A DNA stretch of 64,000 nucleotides, taken from assembly GCA_964016885.1 (NCBI GenBank), contig OZ024742.1:33170001-33234000 (forward strand), read 5' to 3'. A program made the position numbers and the translations under genes. This stretch comes from Eledone cirrhosa (Eukaryota). A model generated the notes under the pieces. It made no database searches. It was not told where the DNA came from and was given only the letters and a program-made list of their open reading frames with translations. Shown here piece after piece: positions 56,271-64,000 of this stretch. Every line of letters starts with the position of its first letter. Positions within the stretch are counted from its first letter, which is position 1.

Positions 56271-56627
56271 GTCAATACCAGGTTGGCTACTTGGGAGTGT
56301 ATTGTGAGTATAGATATAAAATTAAGAGGGATCAAGGCTCCAAGAATCAAGTGTTGCAAATTATCTATTTGCACTCTCTCACTCTTTCACATACATACAC
56401 TCACACCATCACTTTTCCCATAAAGACTGGTTACAGCATTGGGATTAACAAAATTGGATATATACATATACTTATTGTATATAAGAAAATATACAGATAC
56501 TTGTACAAAAATGTAAAAGTGCTTAAAACAACCATATATTAGAAATGTATGTTGGTAGCATTATAAAAGTTTTGTATGATTATGGTTAACACACACATAC
56601 ACATAGATATATAAACAAAGAGATATA

Positions 56628-59600
56628 TTTCTTTATTTACCATAAAGGCATAAAAAGAAGGGACAAATACAAAGGGAGAGTTTACATAAAACCGAGTAAA
56701 AAGGGTATAAAATGAAAATAATCGAAAACAACCTCAAAAGGGAGGGACGTGATGGGGGTTGCACACACCCCCGAAAAAGTGTGCAATCCTTTGCCCGGGG
56801 AGCACATGGAGAAGGTGCTCCCCTCTCCTTCACTTCTTTACCTACAGGATGGTATACAGAGAAGGCCCATTTACACGAGCCATTCTCGCCACTATCACCC
56901 ACCTTTCATAAAACTGCCTGTGGCCAAGCACCTCTCTCTCTATTCTTATCCTTCTTCCGAAGTGATATCGGAAGAAGTAGACCAGACTATGGCCAGAGAG
57001 GAAGTTGCCTGACCTCAGACCTTTCAATCGTGTCCACCAAACAACCTCTTTCAACATGGCTATTACGCACAGAAAAACCGCCTTTGCTTCCTTTGTGAAG
57101 AGGGGAGGCGGTTTGATTGTCATCACGGACTCGGCGGTCAATTGAATCGGCGCCACCCGCGACAGCAGTTGTTCGGCGTAGCCCCACAGATCAGCCACGC
57201 CCGGACATTGCACCAATGCGTGCGCAACGGTTTCTTCGTGATGCACGCATCTAGGGCAAATCTTTTTCGAGGGATCCCTGCCCGGGCGCCCGTGTCTGTA
57301 GAGCTTTTCTCGAACGGGTAGAGCCCCCCGGTAGCACTGCCAGGCCAGTGACTTCTGGAAGTTGTCCATTGGTCCCGGGCTGAAAGTCCTACCGAACAGG
57401 CTGGCCAGTTCGTCCTCTTCCATGTCCAGCGACTCTCCAAGGGTGTCATCGGCCCTGCTAACCACCAGCCCTCTATAGAATGACGAGGTGGATTCTCCAC
57501 CGATGGCCGGGTCCGCTTGCCAGAGAGCCCTGAGCGCCTGAGCACACTCAGTGTGCCAGTGGCCCAGTTTTCCGGATCTTTGCTTGACCCAGGACTGCAG
57601 CTCGGTGAGCGAGACGAGTCTCGGAAAGGCTTGTCTCACGAACGGAGCCCACACCGGTTGACCAGTGAGGAATACCTGTAGGTGCCGTAGCCTTAATGCG
57701 TGCCTATGCATCATCAACCACGGCATCCCCAGCCCTCCTTTCGAAGGTTGTTGGCAGCAGATGGATCTTCTCACCATAGGAGGGCGCTTTTTCCAAAGAA
57801 ATTGAAAGAGCATGCGTTCCATGGTGGTGAGTGTTTCCTTAGGGCAAGGCACGACAGTCAGGCGGTAGTAGGTGACGGACGCTATGTAAATGTTCGCCAC
57901 CTCCGCCTGACCTTTCAGGGACAGCTTACACTTGGCCCATTTCTGGGTCAGTGCAAACACCTTGCTCGTAACCTTGCCCCAGTTCTTTTCCACCTGGAGG
58001 TCCGGTCCAAACCAGACCCCAAGCAACTTCACTGGGCCTTCCGTCCAGTGTCCGACGACACCGTCGGGAGGCATCGGTCTGCCTCTCCCCGTTCCGAGTT
58101 GCAGCCCGATGGATTTTTCCCGGTTCAGTTTCGCTCCTGACAACCTTTCGTATTCCTCCAGTAAGGTGCCTATCGCCTCGATCTCCGAGTCGGTCGATAC
58201 CATTACTGTTACGTCATCGGCATAGGCCGACACCGCTTTGCTCAATCCTGGTTCCAGGGGGATACCCTGCAACAACTCCAACTTCCTCAGTAAAGGCTCG
58301 AGAGTCAATACATACAGAAGGGAGGAGAGAGGGCACCCCTGTCGAATGGATCGTGTGATTTCGAACGGCTTCGAAAGGTAGCCGTTCACCTTGATCCTAG
58401 AACAGATGTGGTTGCTATGTAAAGCAGTGATCCAGCCTCTGAAAACAGGGCCGAACCCAGCCGCCGCTAGCACCGCATCCAGGTAACCATGGTCGACCCT
58501 ATCGAACGCCTTAGACTGATTCAAGTTGATCAGGGCCCCACCAAAGCCGGGTTTGTTGCCAACCCTCTCTATGATGTATCGCATGAGGTGGAGGTTGTCG
58601 TGAATGGACCTGGATGGGATAGCACATGTCTGCGCATCTCCCACCAGGCTACTCACGACAAGCACCAACGTCTTTGCTAACACCTTGGCCAAAATCTTTA
58701 ACTCTGTGTTTAGCTATGGGCCGAAAATTATTTATACTATCCCCCTTGTTCTCGTCCTTCCTCACCAGCGAGACTACGCCCTTGGCTACAGAACAAGGAA
58801 TTCTCCCGTTCTGCTGCCAATTATAGTAGACTGCTTCAAGGAGTTCGGAGAAGAAGACCGGCATTGCCAAATAAAGTTTGTAAGGTATACCATCGAGACC
58901 TGGAGATTTGCGTTTGCTGCATTGGCTCAGCGCATCCTCGCTCTCATCAGTCGAGATTGGTCCCTCGCAGGATTCTGCCTCTTCGCTCAAGAGACGCGGC
59001 AGGCCGTCGAGGTATGGACAGAAATCCACGTCCCCGCCCGGACCCCCGCCTCCCCAGAACAATCGGGCAAAGTGCCTTTGAAAGGGATCGCACATCTGCT
59101 TAGGCTCCCGGATCACCCGCCCATCCTCGTCTTGCAAAGACCGGATGGTGGATCAATTTCCACTCTTAGCTTCTGTCACGTGGGCCCAGCCAACGGCTTT
59201 GGCCCCCTCATTACCTAGAGCACGTATTTTACTTCGAATGACGCAGCCTTCGTGCTTTGCATCGAAAAACTGGCTCAAGGCCGTCCCCGATGCCAGCACT
59301 CTGGCCACATCTTCGCTCTTGATTGCCTCTTCTAATTTACCTGTTAATTCTTTCTCGTTCCTATTCCTATCGGCAGCTAACATCTTGCTATAACTTATTG
59401 ATTCTGTTCTAATCTCTCTTTTGAGAGATGCCCACCATCGGTTGTTGACAATTGCACCCATCAACCTCTCCTTAACTAATCTGCTAATTCGGTCTCTGTA
59501 AGCCTCTTTTGCCGGTAAAGACAAATTAAGTTTCCAGTAACCGGGACCCTGTCTATGTGTTCTCTCAAGGTTGACTACGCAGGTCACTAATTTGTGATCT

Positions 59601-61178
59601 GTATAGCCAACCGTGAGCATTTCTGGACAGCTTAATATGTCCCTATCCTTACTTCTAACTAAGAATCTATCTAAGTGGTTCGTCCAAGTCCAGGTTGGCA
59701 CAGTTGGAAAATCTAGTCGATATCTATCGACCAAGTTAAACAGTCGAGTAACCCCTTGAGGCTGTTGCACCCCCCTCTATTAGGAGATGCTCCTGCATAG
59801 TCCTAACGTGCATCTAGGATGTCATTCCAGTCCCCCGCTAGAAGCAGGGAACGCGACGTTCCCAGAAAAGTCTCCAGACGCTGGAAGAAGTCGGGTCGTT
59901 CAGCTCCGAAAGGGGAGTAGACGGCGACCAGTCTCAAGGCCGCACCTCCACTACTGCCAACATCTAGCACCAACAAACGACCTTCCGGGTCCGAGTGAAC
60001 AACCTGTACGGCGAGACCCAGGTGTTTTTCCAGCAGTACGACAACCCCACCCCCACCTCCAGGTTGACAGAGAGATGCGTGCACCTCAAAGTCATCGAAG
60101 GTAAGGGTCAGCTGCCGCACGACACTGATCCGAGTCTCACAGATAACCATTACATTTATACCACGTGACCTGAGGTCATTTAGAAGCTTTGCTTGCTTCC
60201 AAGTTGAGCCCAGGCCACGTGCATTCAAACATCCTACTCTTAACACATCCATGTGGGCGGCAAAGCCAAAGGAGAGTGTAGAGACTTACCTTTCTGCTTC
60301 CCAGGGTTCGGGTCGCACGACTTCCATGGGGTCGGGGGTGTTGGGTGAAGGGGTGTCTTGTGGTGGTGTGGGGTCGTCAGTGTGTGATGGGGTTGGGGTG
60401 TTTGGAGTTGTGTTGGGGAGGGGAAGGGGAGGGGGAAAGCTTTTTAGGAGGACGCGGTTTATGGGTTTGACAGAGGGTGGTCCTACTTCCTCCTTAAAAT
60501 CCTTTTTTAGTTTTTGGAAGAGGTTCATTGGGATCTTTATTAATTTTAAATGTGGGTAGTTTTCTGAAGAAACAAAGTTTACCCCTTCGGTTTGTACCGA
60601 AGGATTATTGTTTATGAGTTCATTTAATTTATTATTGTTTCTGTTGATGTAAGTATAGTGTAATGTCTTTTTTTCGGATGGTGTGAGTGTTTCGAAGAGG
60701 GGAAGGGCAGGTTTGGTTTTGTTTGTTGCTGGAGGGGTGTTTTGTGTTTTGTTGGATTGTGTTGACATTTGGGTAGGGGTTGTTTGTCCTTGTGTGTTTT
60801 GCACATGCTTTCTTTTTTTCCTTTTGATTTGTCTGAAGGACTCCGTTTCTTCCTCCGAATTCGTTGGGTTATCTTCAGTGTTGGAGGGAAGAGGTATGTT
60901 TGCTGGTAATGTTTCCGTGTTGGTTTTCTTTGTGGGGGAGATGGATGTCACTATGTTAGACTGTGTTGTGTGTTGTGGCTGCGGTGGTTGTGTTGTTTTA
61001 TTGAGTGAGGGGTTGGGTGGGACTGTGTTTTGTTTTTGGATAATGTGTTGTGTCTGTTTGTGTTGTGGTGGTGGTGTAGTTTTACTGAGGGACGGGTTGG
61101 GTGGGACTGAGTTTTGTTGTTTGTTTATCTGTTGTGGTGGTGGTGGAGTTGGTGTTGGTAGCAGGGTTTTCTTCTTGT
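56628..61178 (-). mobile_element. Tx1/L1-clade non-LTR retrotransposon, 5'-truncated, frameshifted
   Basis: ORF1 remnant (to 60286). ORF2 has APE (CLNARGL, CET, AVYSP, AGDWN, LDRFLV, TDHK, GPGYWKLN), RT (KSPGLDG, QSKAFDRV, RQGCPLS, AYADDV, LLGVWFG) and a C-terminal CPRC..ETVAHALVQC; the 3' UTR ends aataaagaaa. Confidence 0.93.
56842..60252 (-). pseudogene. Tx1-like ORF2 (APE-RT-CCHC) broken into four frames
   Basis: ORFs 59803-60252, 59153-59770, 58649-59137 and 56842-58692 are collinear pieces of one polyprotein. Confidence 0.9.
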
Positions 61179-61230
61179 TATATATATATAGACAAAGAGA
61201 TAGTTAGATAGATAGATAGCTAGATGGATG

Positions 61231-61280
<50 letters not shown>

Positions 61281-61314
61281 TAGATAGATAGATAAACAAC
61301 ATTAAACAAATAAT

Positions 61315-61595
61315 TGTTTCTACTTTAGGCACAAGGCCAGCATGACTGGTACTTTATTTTATCGACCCTGTAAGGATGAAAGGCAAAGTTAACCTTGGCG
61401 GGATTTGAACTCAGATCATAAAGGGGGGGTAACTCTATGCTTCAAAGCATGGCACCCGACCCTCTACCGATACTGCCAATCCACTGCCCTTATAATTGTT
61501 TCTATTTTTAGGCACAAGGCCAGCAATTACTCAGTACATTACTGGTACTTTATTATATCGACCCCGTAAGGATGAAAGACAAAGTTAACCTCGGC
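61315..61595 (-). mobile_element. Two tandem family-A SINEs (one full, one partial)
   Basis: 61315-61489 and 61497-61595; partial copies also at 45421-45546 and 47768-47900. Confidence 0.82.
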
Positions 61596-62112
61596 AGATA
61601 GACAAACAGCTTGAGATCTTCAGGTAGTTGTCAGACAGGCAAAACATTAGAATTAAACAGGGCCACCGCCACCATGGCTGTAGCAACAACAACAAATGCC
61701 ACCACCTCTGCCCTGAAACAACAACAACAAACACCATCACCACCTCCACCCCATCGAACACAACAACAACAACAAACACCACCACCACCTCCACCCCATC
61801 TAACACAACAAACACCATCACCACCTCCACCCCATCTAACACAACAACAACAAACACCACCACCACCTCCACCCCATCTAACACAACAACAAACACCATC
61901 ACCACCTCCACCACAACTAACACAACAATAACAATCAGCCTCCTCCTCCCATCATCATCAGTCTTGCCACCCCATTACTGTATACACCACAGCTGTGCTG
62001 TAGTAACTGACAGTTAAGTAGTATTACAAACATAAGTGAAGCCAAGTAGTTTATGTAATAGGAAAAGGAGTAAGGAAGGCTTGGGGAATATATGTATATA
62101 TATATATATATA

Positions 62113-62335
62113 TTTTACTCTCTATAAAAATTGCCCCCCCCCCTTTTTTTTAAATGTCTTTCCACCACTCCCCCACACACCCTCGGAACTCTCTTCCTAC
62201 CCACTTTTCTCCTGATGAAGGGCTTATGTCCAAAACGTCGTCCCCCACCCCCACTCTCAAGTGTGAAACTAATACAAATATCATTTGTACTGCCTCTCTA
62301 TTTTTTGTTCTCTGTTCATTTATTAAACTCTCTCT
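62113..62335 (+). mobile_element. Penelope-like terminal remnant with a mutated minimal hammerhead
   Basis: c-CTGATGA-a-GGGC ttat GTCC-aAAA-CG-TC-g at 62211-62240 (GAAA reads AAAA); between TA runs. Confidence 0.6.
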
Positions 62336-62348
62336 ATATATATATAAT

Positions 62349-62690
62349 GGAGGCACATGGCTTAGTGGTTAGAGCATTGGCCTTGCAATCGAAAGGTTGT
62401 GAGTTCAATTCTCAGACCGGGTGATGTGTTGTTTCCTTGAGCAAGACACTTTATTTCACATTGCTCCAGTTTACTCAGCTGTAGAAATGAGATGATAGGG
62501 ACTGGGGTCAATATCATTCCACTGCAAAGTGGTCGTGGAGGTGCCACAGCAAAAAAGCACCCAGCACTCACTGTAAATGAGGTTGGTGTTAGGAAGGGCA
62601 TCCAGCTGTAGAAATCAAGCCAGAATCAGTTCCTGTCCCACCCTTGCAAGCAGGGAAAAAGCGGACATAAAATGAAATGATGATGATGAT
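62349..62690 (+). mobile_element. tRNA-derived SINE, family B, full length
   Basis: Near-identical to 8816-9150. Confidence 0.9.
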
Positions 62691-62694
62691 ATAT

Positions 62695-62871
62695 AGGTAA
62701 AGAGGCAGGCTGTGTGGTTACTGAAAACGAAGTGTAAGAAGGTAATAGGAATGTAAACAAGAGAAGAAAAGTTGCCCTTCGTAAGCGCCAAAACATATAT
62801 GATCCATAGTAAACAGCTGACGAAGGGCAACTTTTCTTCTCTTGTTTACATCCCTATTACCTTCTTACACT
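62695..62871. mobile_element. Fold-back element between TA runs
   Basis: Arms 62731-62786 / 62816-62871 (about 2 mismatches), one-sided tail of about 36 nt. Confidence 0.65.
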
Positions 62872-62880
62872 ATATATATA

Positions 62881-63348
62881 TATCATCATCATCATCATTT
62901 TACGTCCGCTCTTCCCTGCTCGCAAGGGTGGGACGGGTCTTATTCAGCACAGCATCTCTCCACTCGTCATGGTCCCTCGTCATCTCCACCGTGAGCTTCA
63001 GCAATCTGAGGTCTGTTCTCACCACCTCCGCCCATGTTTTTCGTGGTCTACCTCTACCACGTCTTCCTTCAACTGGCATTTCCTGGCACTTCTTCACCCA
63101 CTGGTCATCCTCCATGCGCATCACATGTCCATACCACCTCAGTCTCCTCTCCCGTACACTACATCCTATGCCTCGCAGACACAGTTTCTCTCTCAACACA
63201 TTCATGCTGGGTCGTTCATGCACATTTACACTGCACATCCAATGGAACATGCTTGCCTCATTTCTTTCCAGCCGTCGCATATCATCCTCTGCAGTTGCTG
63301 CCCATGTCTCACTACCATGCAGCATCGCGCTCCTCACACAGGCATCAT
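62881..63348 (-). mobile_element. RTE LINE 3' end with intact (ATG)n tail
   Basis: YDACVRSAMLHGSETW..RLRWYGHV..GRRGRGRPRKTW..TRPTLASREERT*. Confidence 0.92.
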
Positions 63349-63372
63349 ATGTATATATACATATATATACAC

Positions 63373-63735
63373 ACAGTTGCCCCACCTCGTATTCGCGGGA
63401 GGGGGGGGTGGTTACGTTCCTAGAGCACCCCATGAAGAATGAAAAGCCGCGAATATTGGACATGGTCCATAAAAATGCCTATAAATGTCAAAATATGACG
63501 TAAAATATAATAAAATAAAAAAAGAGGGATTGTCTTATGTGAAGGGCCGTCCAATAGGCCGGCAAATATGGTATATTGTTATTAATAATTTAGCATTAAA
63601 AAATATATATATTGCCATGCAAAAAATCGCGGATGATATTTATGATTCTGCGAAACCATTATTAGTTGGGTTCTAAGGAAAATTCAGCGAATAACTGGGA
63701 CCGCGAGTGTCGGGACTGTGAAGGGTGAGCACTCG
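63373..63735. mobile_element. Possible Tigger/pogo-type MITE
   Basis: Left end cagttgccccacctcgtattcgcggg..ggttacgttcc with internal ccgcgaa repeats; right terminus unclear. Confidence 0.35.
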
Positions 63736-63803
63736 ATGTTTAGGTTCACTTCAGTGTCGAGGTGTAGAGCTAGACAGAGTGTATTATTGTGAAATAAAAT
63801 AAC

Positions 63804-63978
63804 TGTTTCTACTTTTGGTTCGAGGCCAGCTATTACCCAAGTGTATTACTGGTACTTTATTTTATTGACCCCGTAAGGATGAAAGGCAAAGCTAACCTCG
63901 GCGGGATTTGAACTCAGAATGGCAAGGGCCGTAACTCAATACGTCCGACCCTCTACCAATACTGCCAATCCACCGCCC
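63804..63978 (-). mobile_element. tRNA-derived SINE, family A
   Basis: Same head and core as the other copies. Confidence 0.85.
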
Positions 63979-64000
63979 TTGTGAAATAAAATAACAAGGA

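Overview
Repeat-saturated, AT-rich animal DNA, apparently intronic or intergenic; the SINE/RTE repertoire and microsatellite load suggest an octopus or other coleoid cephalopod (inference, not verified). No host gene can be established, only a few candidate micro-exons. The recognisable coding sequence is all retrotransposon: two large RTE-clade LINE pieces with a PHD-like Cys/His insert in the RT, a 5'-truncated Tx1/L1-clade element, and CR1, Vingi/Ingi-like and CRE-like remnants. The window also holds tRNA-derived SINEs, non-autonomous RTE derivatives, piggyBac/hAT MITEs and large minisatellites. The most striking signal is a set of about ten short, mutually divergent elements sitting in (TA)n tracts. 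Many are fold-back (inverted-arm) structures, several encode complete type-I hammerhead ribozymes (clearest at 6099-6180 -, 9782-9867 +, 19375-19424 +), and most share a RAGTRY motif about 40-55 nt from their 3' end. They are best read as terminal repeats of several Penelope-like retroelement families, or ribozyme-bearing non-autonomous derivatives of them.
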